From contig CAXXMV010000006.1 in the NCBI GenBank assembly GCA_963662285.2, forward strand, positions 768,001 through 832,000: a stretch of 64,000 nt of DNA, in the 5' to 3' direction. Source of the stretch: a bacterium (lineage in GTDB: Bacteria; Hinthialibacterota; Hinthialibacteria; Hinthialibacterales; Hinthialibacteraceae). The position numbers and the translations under genes were made by a program. Shown piece after piece: positions 7,633-17,123 of the stretch (its first letter is position 1; each line of letters begins with the position of its first letter). A model generated the notes under the pieces. It did not search any database and was not told where the DNA came from. It worked only from the letters and a program-made list of their open reading frames with translations.

Positions 7633-9528
7633 ATGTTGGATACCCGTTATCTATACGATTTACATCCTACGGTTGCTGGACGCACAAAAGGTTGGCTGGA
7701 GCTGCTGCGCTATATCATTTTGTTTTGTGCGGGAGGTTTCGCTCTGGTCTTCGGTTCTTTGAATGCCTGGTCGCTTCCACCTATTGGTGAACTTCTGCCC
7801 AGCAATGAACAATTGGAGATGGTGGTTAATAAATCTTCTCTGGTTAAGTTGAACCAGCCGGTTAAGCGCGTATCTATTGTTGCGCCGGAAATTGCTGATG
7901 TGCAAATCATTGAAGCCAGGCAGATTCTACTGACCGCCCTGTCGGTTGGAGAAACAACCTTACTTATATGGATGGAAGATGGCGGACTGCGTACTATTGA
8001 CGTTATCGTGCGGATTAATACAAGGTCCATTGTTGAAGCTCTGGCATACACTTTGCCCGATGAAGCGATAGAAGTGGTTCCCATGAATGATGGAGTGGCT
8101 TTACAAGGTCAGGTTCATGGAATAAACCAGGCTGACCGGGCCATGAAAATCGCCAATACTTATAATTCCAATGTGGTTAACCTGCTGGAGTCTCCCGGAA
8201 TACAGCAGGTTATGTTGAAAGTTAGAATAGCTGAAGTTGCTAGAACGTTCCGGGAAGAGATCGGGATCAACTTTCAGGTTTTGGATAATTCATTTCAAGG
8301 TACTTCATTACTGGGGGGGCTGGTATCCGGCAATGTAAATCAACCCAATTTATCGGTCAGCGATGCAGTGACCATGTTTATGGGATTGCCTAACAGCAAC
8401 ATCAATGCTTTCGTCCAGGCTCTGGAAGAAAAAGGCATGCTTCACATATTGGCTGAACCAAACCTGGTGGCCAGGAGCGGCGAAACCGCCAGTTTTCTAG
8501 CAGGTGGAGAGTTCCCCGTACCGATTGTTCAAGGTGGAACCAGCAACGCTATTACAATTGATTATAAGGAATTTGGCGTTCGTTTGACGTTTACGCCGAC
8601 TGTAATGGAAGGCAATCAAATTCGTTTGGATATTGCTCCCGAAGTTAGTGATTTAGATTTTGCGCAAGGCGTCCGGATTAGCGGTTTTCTGGTACCAACC
8701 ATTATTACCCGCCGCGTGCAAACTGTAGTCTCGTTAAGGGATGGGCAGTCTTTTGCTATTGCCGGGTTGTTAAGTAAAAACAAACAAAAAAGCCGCCGCA
8801 AAGTTCCTGTAGTTGGAAGCATACCAGTCTTTGGCGGATTATTCCGCGGTGGGGATATTACCGAAAAAGAGACCGAACTGCTTATTATGGTTACTCCGCA
8901 TCTGGTTGCTCCTCTTGAAGGCGACGCAGCATATAAACTACCGGGAGATTCTCTTGAAAACGCTGAACCTAATCCATTTATTGAAGAAGATATTCCAACC
9001 ATCTATCCTCAGAACATAACAGAGGAAACCATAGACAAGCCTAAAGCATCATCGGGGAATAGAAGGGGCGCGTCATCAAAAGCATGGTTAAATAATAGAA
9101 ATGTCAGTAATGACGCTGCATTGATGGCGCCGGAATCTGCTGAAGAGATATCAGAAAATATCCAACCAATTCTTGTTCCGGAAATTATTTCGGAAGATTT
9201 ATCAGGCAATATAGGCAATCTTAAAAAGAAGAGCGCTTCGAAAAATCAAACTAAAGATACAACTCAGTCTGAGGTTTCTCAGAACAGTTTTATGAAGCCG
9301 GGTATGACGTCGGCGCCTGATTCATCTTATAAATCGTCTAATCATTTAGCGTCGGTCAATAATGTAGATAAATTTAAGTTAACCAACGCAATGCCAGTAC
9401 ATCAGAATAACCAAGTTGAAAAAATCGTTCGTCAACATATCTCAACGCCAGTCAAGGTTGCTCTTGCATCTACAACGTCTGATTGGAATCGAGAGGAAAA
9501 TTTTATTGCAATCAGTCAAACAGAATAG
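7633..9528 (+). CDS. cpaC: Secretin CpaC/RcpA with long low-complexity C-terminal tail
   Basis: QQVMLKVRIAEV, LAEPNLVARSGETASFLAGGEFPVP, KEFGVRLTFTP and ETELLIMVTPHLV; AGGAG before ATG 7633. Confidence 0.92.
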   Translation: MLDTRYLYDLHPTVAGRTKGWLELLRYIILFCAGGFALVFGSLNAWSLPPIGELLPSNEQLEMVVNKSSLVKLNQPVKRVSIVAPEIADVQIIEARQILLTALSVGETTLLIWMEDGGLRTIDVIVRINTRSIVEALAYTLPDEAIEVVPMNDGVALQGQVHGINQADRAMKIANTYNSNVVNLLESPGIQQVMLKVRIAEVARTFREEIGINFQVLDNSFQGTSLLGGLVSGNVNQPNLSVSDAVTMFMGLPNSNINAFVQALEEKGMLHILAEPNLVARSGETASFLAGGEFPVPIVQGGTSNAITIDYKEFGVRLTFTPTVMEGNQIRLDIAPEVSDLDFAQGVRISGFLVPTIITRRVQTVVSLRDGQSFAIAGLLSKNKQKSRRKVPVVGSIPVFGGLFRGGDITEKETELLIMVTPHLVAPLEGDAAYKLPGDSLENAEPNPFIEEDIPTIYPQNITEETIDKPKASSGNRRGASSKAWLNNRNVSNDAALMAPESAEEISENIQPILVPEIISEDLSGNIGNLKKKSASKNQTKDTTQSEVSQNSFMKPGMTSAPDSSYKSSNHLASVNNVDKFKLTNAMPVHQNNQVEKIVRQHISTPVKVALASTTSDWNREENFIAISQTE

Positions 9529-9538
9529 AGGAAAGATT

Positions 9539-10786
9539 ATGAAAAAGCATTTGCATTCACAAAACGGATCAGTCCTGATATTAGTGGCGGTGTCGATCAC
9601 ACTCTTTTGCATGATGCTGGCTTTTGCTATGGATTACGGTCTGATGGCGGCGTCGGTTAGTGAATTGCAATCCGCGGCGGATTCAGCGGCTTTGGCCAGT
9701 GCAGCCCAATTGGTTGATGAAGATATCATTACGGGCGCGGCTGACCAGACGGATGATATCGTCATGGCGCGTGATTATGCTGAACTCTTCGCCGGACAGA
9801 ATGTTGCGGCGAACCGGTTGTTGCTGCTCGACCGTAACGACCTTAATGCGACCAGTGGAGGCGTGGTGGTCGGATATATTGATAATCCTCTTGATTTAAA
9901 TAGTACGTTTGAAACGGCCAGCATTCCCATATATAACTCAGTGAAAGTTCGCACGGTTCTGACTCAACAACTCAATGGACCACTGGCGCTTTTTATGGGT
10001 GGAGTAAGCGGCGTCTCCGAACTGGAAATGGAGGCGGTTGCTACTGCGACCCTGGAGGACAGGATTTCTGGTTTTTCGCCAAGTGGAGGCCAAAACCTCA
10101 TGATGCTGCCTTTCGCCGCCTTCGCAGGTGATTGGAATGACATGATCGAAAACGGCGGCGGCGCTGATAACTTCCGGGTAGTGGATGGCGTTGTATCAAG
10201 CGGTTCTGACGGAATACCGGAACTGACCTTGTATCCTTATCGGTATGGCATCGCCATTCCGGGGATGAAAGGCAATGTGGGGACTATCTTTGTCTGCGAT
10301 TCATCCGGCGTTAATACAACAGCAGTAACCAACCAGATTTATTACGGCATGACCCAAGCCAATATTGCAGGCGCCAATGGTCTGGAACTGACGGATGATG
10401 GCAGCGGCTATTATTCGCAATGGCTGCCCGGCGAAAGTTGGATGTCCAGCAGCTGGCATTACGCTCTCCGCAACATAAAAGGAAAGCCTCGCATAATGCC
10501 TATTTATCAGAACGCTATCAATGGCAGTTCGCCTCCTGTAGCGATGATGGATGATCCTGTTTCACCTATATATGGAAAGGATCAACCGGAAATTTGTTGC
10601 GGCATATATCAACATTATGAGATCGAAGAATTCAAAGCGGTGATCGTAGTCGATTCGCAATGGCCTTATAGCGACTATGACAAGCGCTGGACGGTGCAGC
10701 CGTCGCAAGTAACGAGCAGCGCCGCCATAGTGAATCCCGACATGCCGCACTCTGGAATGGTTTATAGCCTATCGTTGACCAGGTAA
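9539..10786 (+). CDS. tadG: TadG-like pilus accessory protein
   Basis: GSVLILVA...DYG...LQSAADSAALASA Tad N-terminal motif; AGAGG before ATG 9539. Confidence 0.82.
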   Translation: MKKHLHSQNGSVLILVAVSITLFCMMLAFAMDYGLMAASVSELQSAADSAALASAAQLVDEDIITGAADQTDDIVMARDYAELFAGQNVAANRLLLLDRNDLNATSGGVVVGYIDNPLDLNSTFETASIPIYNSVKVRTVLTQQLNGPLALFMGGVSGVSELEMEAVATATLEDRISGFSPSGGQNLMMLPFAAFAGDWNDMIENGGGADNFRVVDGVVSSGSDGIPELTLYPYRYGIAIPGMKGNVGTIFVCDSSGVNTTAVTNQIYYGMTQANIAGANGLELTDDGSGYYSQWLPGESWMSSSWHYALRNIKGKPRIMPIYQNAINGSSPPVAMMDDPVSPIYGKDQPEICCGIYQHYEIEEFKAVIVVDSQWPYSDYDKRWTVQPSQVTSSAAIVNPDMPHSGMVYSLSLTR

Positions 10787-10791
10787 GGATC

Positions 10792-11532
10792 ATGAAACGC
10801 ATCTCATTTTCCATATCAAGTTTGATGCTGGCAGTGGTTTTTCTGTTTCTGCTGGCGTCGGATAGAGCATCTCAAAAAGAGGATAATCCAAAACCGCAGC
10901 GCGTCGCTGCGGTTATTATTAATAATGATCCAACTGCATTGCATCGTGGAAATGTTAGTGCAGCAGTGCAGGCCTGCCGGAAATATCAATTCGATGAGAT
11001 TCATACTTTCGGTGACTTAAAACAAATGCCAACTCTTCTTCAAGTAACAAGTACATTGGATAAATTACAGCAAGACGGCGTCCGCATTGGTCTTTTATAT
11101 CTAACCGGTCATGGGATGCTCTACCGGAAAGTGGGAATCCCTCAAGGCGAGACCTGCCTTATGCTGCGGGATCGGCCTTTGAGGATAGAACATATCACAT
11201 CCCGCATAGGACAGGGGCCATGTGTTATTTACAGCGATATCTGTTTTTCCCCTGATCTATTGAACTGTTTAGAACAACGTTTGTCAGGTGATTTTTTACT
11301 ATTAACTGATAAACCAGTACAACATCCGCAATTGAGCTGCCGAGGGTATAGCGCGGCATTTTGGGAATCAATGCGCAACTTTGGGGAGGAAAACTCATTG
11401 CGGATTTCGGCTGAACTAGCGTGGCGCGATAACTGCTTACGCGGCCTGTGTAAATACATTGATACTGTGTTGGTTCGGGAGGAATCGCAGCAACAACTCA
11501 TGACTCAAAATCTGTATGGTGAGGAGGATTAG
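10792..11532 (+). CDS. Putative exported caspase-like (clan CD) cysteine peptidase
   Basis: N-terminal signal/TM; RVAAVIINND first strand; LLYLTGHG (His) and VIYSDICFS (Cys) catalytic-dyad motifs. Confidence 0.62.
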   Translation: MKRISFSISSLMLAVVFLFLLASDRASQKEDNPKPQRVAAVIINNDPTALHRGNVSAAVQACRKYQFDEIHTFGDLKQMPTLLQVTSTLDKLQQDGVRIGLLYLTGHGMLYRKVGIPQGETCLMLRDRPLRIEHITSRIGQGPCVIYSDICFSPDLLNCLEQRLSGDFLLLTDKPVQHPQLSCRGYSAAFWESMRNFGEENSLRISAELAWRDNCLRGLCKYIDTVLVREESQQQLMTQNLYGEED

Positions 11533-11536
11533 TATC

Positions 11537-12760
11537 ATGATTGGAAATTCATATAACAATTCCCCACCAATACGGGCTTTGGTTATCAATAAGGATCATG
11601 AAGAACTGGGTTATATTATAAAGGTTCTTCAGTCGACTGAGCGGGTGGAAATCTGCGGGGAAACTACTTCTTATACATTGGCGTTGTCTCAGGTAGAACG
11701 CAGTACGCCGGAATTCATCTTCTGCGGTATGAATGATAATCCAAAAGAGGCCTTGGCGTTCATCGGTAAGGCCAAAGAAAAACAGCCTGATATTAACATC
11801 GTTTGCATAGGTCTGGTGGAAGATTCCCAATTAATATTGCAATGTTTCCGCTTCGGAGCTGATGAGTATCTGGTACAGCCTTTACAAAAATCATCACTAT
11901 TAGAAACTTTCTCCCGCCTGGAAGCGCAACGTCCGGTTGCCGCTCCTCCGGTGAAATATCAAAAGTCAGGTAAAGTTATTGCCATCTGGGGCAGCCGGGG
12001 CGGTTGCGGAACTACTACTATAGCCGCCAACCTGGCTCATTCATTATCGCAATCAAAAAAAACATGCTTGATGGATTTACATGAAGCCCAAGGGGACATG
12101 GCGCTCTTTTTCGACTGTGAGCCGGATTATTCGTTGAAGGATATCTGGGGACGCGGCGACCGCATCGATGAATCGCTGGTGGATAGCATTACTATCAAAG
12201 ACGACAGCGGATTACATCTTCTGTTTCAACCAGCGGAACGCAGTTATATGCAATGGGATGATAATGAATATCAAAAAGTAATGAATATCCTGTTGGCGAA
12301 ATATGATTTCGTTATTCAGGATATCGGGCGCGATGAAGAGACTATCTGTCAGGTGTTGTCCTGCATTAATCAGATTTACCTGGTGGTTAATCAGGTTATT
12401 CCTTCGATCTATCTGGCCGCCAAGAAAGTCCGCTGGTTGGAAGATATCGGATTTGATTTGTCATGCGTCACCATCCTGGTTAATTCCTTCAATCCCGGCA
12501 GCGTCGTCAGTCGCAGTCAGATAGAGAAATCACTTGGCATTACCAACTGGCAGACCATACGTCATGACGAACGTACTGTGCTCTCGGCAATTAATCAGGG
12601 CGTTCCGGTAAGAAATATCTCTAAATGGAGCAAAGTAAGTAAAGATATCTCCCGTATGGCGCAGCAGGTTTTGAAAGCGCCTGAGACAAACTCACAACAG
12701 GAAATGGCGCAGGAAATTCAAACTCTTCCTTCGTTGCTGCCCAATAATGCCTGCACCTGA
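11537..12760 (+). CDS. cpaE: CpaE/TadZ (receiver-like + ParA/MinD ATPase)
   Basis: N-terminal REC-like domain (GADEYLVQP); GSRGGCGTTTIAANLA deviant Walker A; SAINQGVP. Confidence 0.88.
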   Translation: MIGNSYNNSPPIRALVINKDHEELGYIIKVLQSTERVEICGETTSYTLALSQVERSTPEFIFCGMNDNPKEALAFIGKAKEKQPDINIVCIGLVEDSQLILQCFRFGADEYLVQPLQKSSLLETFSRLEAQRPVAAPPVKYQKSGKVIAIWGSRGGCGTTTIAANLAHSLSQSKKTCLMDLHEAQGDMALFFDCEPDYSLKDIWGRGDRIDESLVDSITIKDDSGLHLLFQPAERSYMQWDDNEYQKVMNILLAKYDFVIQDIGRDEETICQVLSCINQIYLVVNQVIPSIYLAAKKVRWLEDIGFDLSCVTILVNSFNPGSVVSRSQIEKSLGITNWQTIRHDERTVLSAINQGVPVRNISKWSKVSKDISRMAQQVLKAPETNSQQEMAQEIQTLPSLLPNNACT

Positions 12761-12796
12761 GATACTCAGCATTGACAATGGTAATGGAGCTTTGAA

Positions 12797-14149
12797 ATGA
12801 ATCATTCTACTAATCTGGCTGCACGTGATTCAAAGGCTGGCGGCGGCGATGAAAGCCGCAACCGCACATATCAAGATATAAAATCGGCGGTTCACCGTCG
12901 TTTGATCGAACGTCTTGATCTGGGCCGTATACGCGATGACAACAAGGAAGACGTCAAGCGCCAGGTTAAGCCGGTTATTTTAGAATTGATCGCTAGCCAG
13001 GGAACTCCGCTAAGCGGAGGGGAGCGTTTTGCATTAGCCGAAGAAGTACTCGATGAAGTCTTCGGTTTCGGACCACTGGAAGCATTGCTGAGCGATACGG
13101 AAATCACGGATATTCTGGTTAATAACAGCCAGGAAATCTATGTAGAAAAAAAAGGCAAACTATTACGCAGCGACGTCAAATTCCGCGATGATCGTCACCT
13201 GCTGCAGATCATCGACCGCATTGTTTCCCGCGTAGGCCGCCGGGTGGATGAGAATTCGCCAATGGTCGACGCGCGTTTGCCGGATGGATCGCGGGTTAAC
13301 GCCATTATCCCCCCGCTGGCCTTAAAAGGCCCCTCCATGTCGATCCGGCGTTTTGGAGTGAATCCGGTTACATTAGAACAACTCATAGAATATAACTCCG
13401 TCATCCCCGAAATGGTGGAATTTCTTGAGGGAGCGGTTCGATCTAAACTTAATATTATAATCTCCGGCGGCACAGGATCAGGCAAGACCACTCTGCTTAA
13501 CGTGCTCTCTTCCTTCATTCCTTCTAACGAACGAATCATCACTATTGAAGATTCAGCCGAATTGATGCTGCAACAACCTCATGTAGTGCAGTTAGAAACC
13601 CGGCCTCCCAATATCGAAGGGAAGGGCTGCGTAACTCAAAGAGACTTATTGTTCAATACGCTCCGTATGCGTCCCGACCGGATCATTCTGGGTGAGGTGC
13701 GCGGCGCGGAAGCTCTGGATATGCTTCAGGCCATGAATACAGGGCATGAAGGATCGCTAACCACCATCCATGCCAATACGCCGCGCGATGCCATGAGCCG
13801 TATTGAGATGATGGTCACTATGAGCGGTTTGGAGATTCCCATTCGCTCGGTGCGTCAGCAAATCAGTTCGGCTATTGATCTGATCGTGCAAGCCAACCGT
13901 TTGATTGATGGCAAGCGCCGGATCATTTCGATCTCTGAGTTAGTCGGCATGGAAGGCGAAGTGATAACCATGCAGGAAATTTTTAAATTCGAGCAGGAAA
14001 ACGTAGATCAAAACGGTGATGTAATGGGATCATTTTCCGCTACAGGCGTAAGGCCTAAATGCCTTACGCGCTTGGAGACGGCGGGCGTGCGTCTTCCGCC
14101 GGATCTATTCCATCCCGGCGTCCGCATGAGAATCGGGGGCCAATCATGA
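12797..14149 (+). CDS. cpaF: Tad secretion ATPase CpaF/TadA
   Basis: [32 protein letters not shown] and AMNTGHEGS. Confidence 0.96.
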   Translation: MNHSTNLAARDSKAGGGDESRNRTYQDIKSAVHRRLIERLDLGRIRDDNKEDVKRQVKPVILELIASQGTPLSGGERFALAEEVLDEVFGFGPLEALLSDTEITDILVNNSQEIYVEKKGKLLRSDVKFRDDRHLLQIIDRIVSRVGRRVDENSPMVDARLPDGSRVNAIIPPLALKGPSMSIRRFGVNPVTLEQLIEYNSVIPEMVEFLEGAVRSKLNIIISGGTGSGKTTLLNVLSSFIPSNERIITIEDSAELMLQQPHVVQLETRPPNIEGKGCVTQRDLLFNTLRMRPDRIILGEVRGAEALDMLQAMNTGHEGSLTTIHANTPRDAMSRIEMMVTMSGLEIPIRSVRQQISSAIDLIVQANRLIDGKRRIISISELVGMEGEVITMQEIFKFEQENVDQNGDVMGSFSATGVRPKCLTRLETAGVRLPPDLFHPGVRMRIGGQS

Positions 14150-15117
14150 GTCCAGAAATGCTTGCGGTGATTGTCTTTGTGGCCACTGCTTTTTTATTCG
14201 TGGGTCTTGGAGTCTTTCTGATCTCCTGTTTCGCCTCAGAGCGAACGGTGGTGGATAAAAGATTTAAAAAGTTATCCCATTCCATGGAAATGCCAGGATT
14301 TGAAGCACAAGCCATGAGTTATCTGAAAAAGGAGACTGATTGGCGCAAGTATTCTATATTCTCCGATTGTCCTCCTTTGTTGAATCTACCGGTTCTATTT
14401 GAACAGGCCGGAATGCGGATTGATGTAAGCCGATGGTTTATCATATCGCTTTGCGTTTCTGTAGTTGTGACTGTGATTGCTTTTATTATGGTTCATACAT
14501 TAATGATTACAGCGTTATCTGCAATAGGGACCTTTTTCTTTTCTTATCTACTGATAATTATCAAGCGGAAAAAGCGCATGTCTTCATTTGAAGCCTGCTT
14601 TTCGCAATCACTTGAGATTCTAGGCCGTTCTTTACGGGCCGGTCATCCATTAACCATGGGATTGCAGATGGTATCAACCGAAATGCCCGAACCGATCCGC
14701 ACCGAGTTTTCGCGGGTATTTTATGAACAACAGATGGGTTTGCCCTTCGATGAGTCTATGCGCCGTATGGCGCACCGGGTTCCATTGTTGGATGTGCGTT
14801 TTTTCGTGCTCTCAATTTTGATTCATCAACAGATCGGCGGCGACTTGTCTGAAGTGCTGGATAATCTATCCCGCGTGATACGCGACCGCTTCAAGGTTCT
14901 GGGACAAGTAAAAGCTCTCACCGCGGAAGGGCGCTTATCCGGTTGGGTTTTAAGCGCTTTGCCGATATTCGTTTTTCTGGTTATCAGTATGGTCAATCCT
15001 CCATATATCCAGACGCTTTTAGATTCAGAGTTGGGACGTAAAATGCTCTGGTTCGCTGCTGGCTCTCAGATTATCGGGATGCTATTGATTCAGAAAATTG
15101 CGAGGATCAAAGTATGA
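14146..15117 (+). CDS. tadB: TadB inner-membrane platform protein
   Basis: LRAGHPL, EF-x-RV-x-x-EQ-x-x-G, [11 protein letters not shown] and ALTAEGRLS; ATGA overlap with cpaF. Confidence 0.93.
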   Translation: MSPEMLAVIVFVATAFLFVGLGVFLISCFASERTVVDKRFKKLSHSMEMPGFEAQAMSYLKKETDWRKYSIFSDCPPLLNLPVLFEQAGMRIDVSRWFIISLCVSVVVTVIAFIMVHTLMITALSAIGTFFFSYLLIIIKRKKRMSSFEACFSQSLEILGRSLRAGHPLTMGLQMVSTEMPEPIRTEFSRVFYEQQMGLPFDESMRRMAHRVPLLDVRFFVLSILIHQQIGGDLSEVLDNLSRVIRDRFKVLGQVKALTAEGRLSGWVLSALPIFVFLVISMVNPPYIQTLLDSELGRKMLWFAAGSQIIGMLLIQKIARIKV

Positions 15118-16040
15118 CTATCGAACCTATCTGGATAGGAATCTTAAGTTTCGCTTCGGTTTTCTTTCTGATCATCGGATTGGCCGCTGTGGCGCGTTTG
15201 ATTAAGCATCCAGTTGATAGCCGGTTGGAACGGTTGCATCCAGATACGCCCGCCGCCTCAGCTAATATGATGTATGCCGAAGTGAACCAACAGAGCATTG
15301 TCGCTAACCTTGGTCAACGAGTCGCTCCAAAAGATCCTTTTAAACGTTCCATGATCAAACTGCGCTTGGCCATGGCCGGCTATTACAGCGAAGCCTCATT
15401 ATACAATTATTGGGGAATAAAAATGGTCACAACTTTTATTCCGCCATTAGTAGTATTCATGTTTCTTACTATGCATCATTTACAAGCGGCATATACCGTT
15501 ATGCCTGTTATGGCTGCTATGGGCATTGGATTGCTGTTACCGGATTGTTTCCTCTATTTACGCAAACGCTCCCGTCAGGATGAGATATTTAAAGGCTTGC
15601 CTGATGCCCTGGACTTGTTGCTGGTCTGCGTTGAAGCGGGTTTGGGTTTGGATGCGGCGATGCAAAAAGTATGCGACGAACTGAGCCTGGGCTGCCGCAT
15701 CTTAAGCGAGGAACTGCAACTTACCTGCACCGCCATACGCTTTGGACAGGATCGAAACGAGGCGTTGCATGATCTGGGAGAGCGCACCGGAGTATTGGAT
15801 CTCAAATCATTAGTCGCGGTTTTGGTTCAGGCCGACCGCTTCGGAGTCAGTATCGGACAGGCGTTACGGGTTCACGCCGATGACATGCGCACCCGGCGCC
15901 GTCAACGCGCTGAAGAATTGGCCGCTAAAACAACCGTCAAACTTATCTTTCCGCTGGTTCTATTTATTTTCCCAGCCATCTTTGTGGTCCTGGGCGGCCC
16001 GGCGGTGATTCGCATCATGGAAAATTTCATGAACCGTTAG
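15114..16040 (+). CDS. tadC: TadC inner-membrane platform protein
   Basis: LPDALDLLLVCVEAGLGLDAA, QADRFG, RAEELAAK and KLIFPLVLFIFPA. Confidence 0.94.
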   Translation: MTIEPIWIGILSFASVFFLIIGLAAVARLIKHPVDSRLERLHPDTPAASANMMYAEVNQQSIVANLGQRVAPKDPFKRSMIKLRLAMAGYYSEASLYNYWGIKMVTTFIPPLVVFMFLTMHHLQAAYTVMPVMAAMGIGLLLPDCFLYLRKRSRQDEIFKGLPDALDLLLVCVEAGLGLDAAMQKVCDELSLGCRILSEELQLTCTAIRFGQDRNEALHDLGERTGVLDLKSLVAVLVQADRFGVSIGQALRVHADDMRTRRRQRAEELAAKTTVKLIFPLVLFIFPAIFVVLGGPAVIRIMENFMNR

Positions 16041-16098
16041 ATCGGTTGCCAAAAATTTATTATGAAAATCAACTTTAGTGATTGGAGTATGCTCCAAA

Positions 16099-16212
16099 AT
16101 GAAATATTTACTATTAGCAGCGATAATCGGAACTATTTGCGGCCTTCTTGGTAAGAAGCGCCAACGCCAACGGGTGATTCTCAATCGCATACATAAACAT
16201 ATAGACAGATGA
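16099..16212 (+). CDS. Putative 37-aa membrane peptide (not in ORF track)
   Basis: MKYLLLAAIIGTICGLLGKKRQRQRVILNRIHKHIDR*: hydrophobic helix plus basic tail; GGAG about 11 nt upstream. Confidence 0.35.
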   Translation: MKYLLLAAIIGTICGLLGKKRQRQRVILNRIHKHIDR

Positions 16213-16261
16213 ATCACGCCAATAAGTCTATATATCAATCACTGATAAAGAGGATACGATC

Positions 16262-16852
16262 ATGAAACGTTACGCCATTCTAACAATGTCAATTATGTTT
16301 TTTAGCGCGTGTCAATCAGTAACCAATGACGCTTTGTTGCGTTCTTCTGATGATCCATTTGGCGCCACTGTCAAAGCGCCATTTGTTGCCATGGTTGAAA
16401 ATGCCCGGCAGCCTGATCCCATACTGGGACGGGTATATTTTGAATATGACAACGCTGAACTTACGAATATCGCCCGTCAACAATTGGAAGCCATCGCCAT
16501 GCAGATCGCCCGGCGGGGCGGCCAGGTAGTGATTGAAGGTCATGCCGATCACATGAACACTGATGCTTTCAACAAACGCCTGGGCTATCAACGCGCCCTG
16601 ACCGTCGCTCAATACTTACGTAGCGCAGGAGTCTGGGATGAACGAATAGTAGTACACAGTTTTGGTGAAACCCGACCGGCAACTACTAATTGGAAAGACC
16701 TGGGTCGAGCGCTCAACCGCTGCGCCGTGGTCTGGATGTTCCCCCAGGGCGAAGGCATATCGGCTGATGAAATGACTAAAGCCTACAAAAAAATGGTTTC
16801 ATCATCTCCGACTGAAACAGAACTAGCCAGTCCAATACTTGTCAGTGAATAG
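16262..16852 (+). CDS. OmpA/Pal-family peptidoglycan-binding lipoprotein
   Basis: FSAC lipobox; VYFEYD, IEGHAD, N-x-x-LGYQRA, SFGETRP and NR motifs. Confidence 0.88.
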   Translation: MKRYAILTMSIMFFSACQSVTNDALLRSSDDPFGATVKAPFVAMVENARQPDPILGRVYFEYDNAELTNIARQQLEAIAMQIARRGGQVVIEGHADHMNTDAFNKRLGYQRALTVAQYLRSAGVWDERIVVHSFGETRPATTNWKDLGRALNRCAVVWMFPQGEGISADEMTKAYKKMVSSSPTETELASPILVSE

Positions 16853-16859
16853 TAAAAAA

Positions 16860-17047
16860 TGTCTGAATCAGGATACCCTGGATTTTTCGGATACTCAGGA
16901 TTTTACATAAAAAGTTTTTGGTTTCTCATTGTTTATTCTGATTCTAAAGTGATTGATTATAGATTCACCCATCATGAGCATCCTATCATCCTGGCCATCC
17001 AGATTCAGACAAAAATAATTTAATAGAACTCAAATCCGTGTTGATAC
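16860..17047 (+). mobile_element. MITE-like repeat family D (TGTCTGAATC...GATTCAGACA ends)
   Basis: Terminal inverted repeats at 16860-16869/17002-17011; highly similar copy at 63124-63312; short copy at 20909-20996. Confidence 0.75.
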
Positions 17048-17123
17048 TATTTTCTCTTATTATTTTATATGATTGAACTTTCTCGAAATATTGCAGTCAT
17101 TTTAGTAACCATTGGAGCCAATC

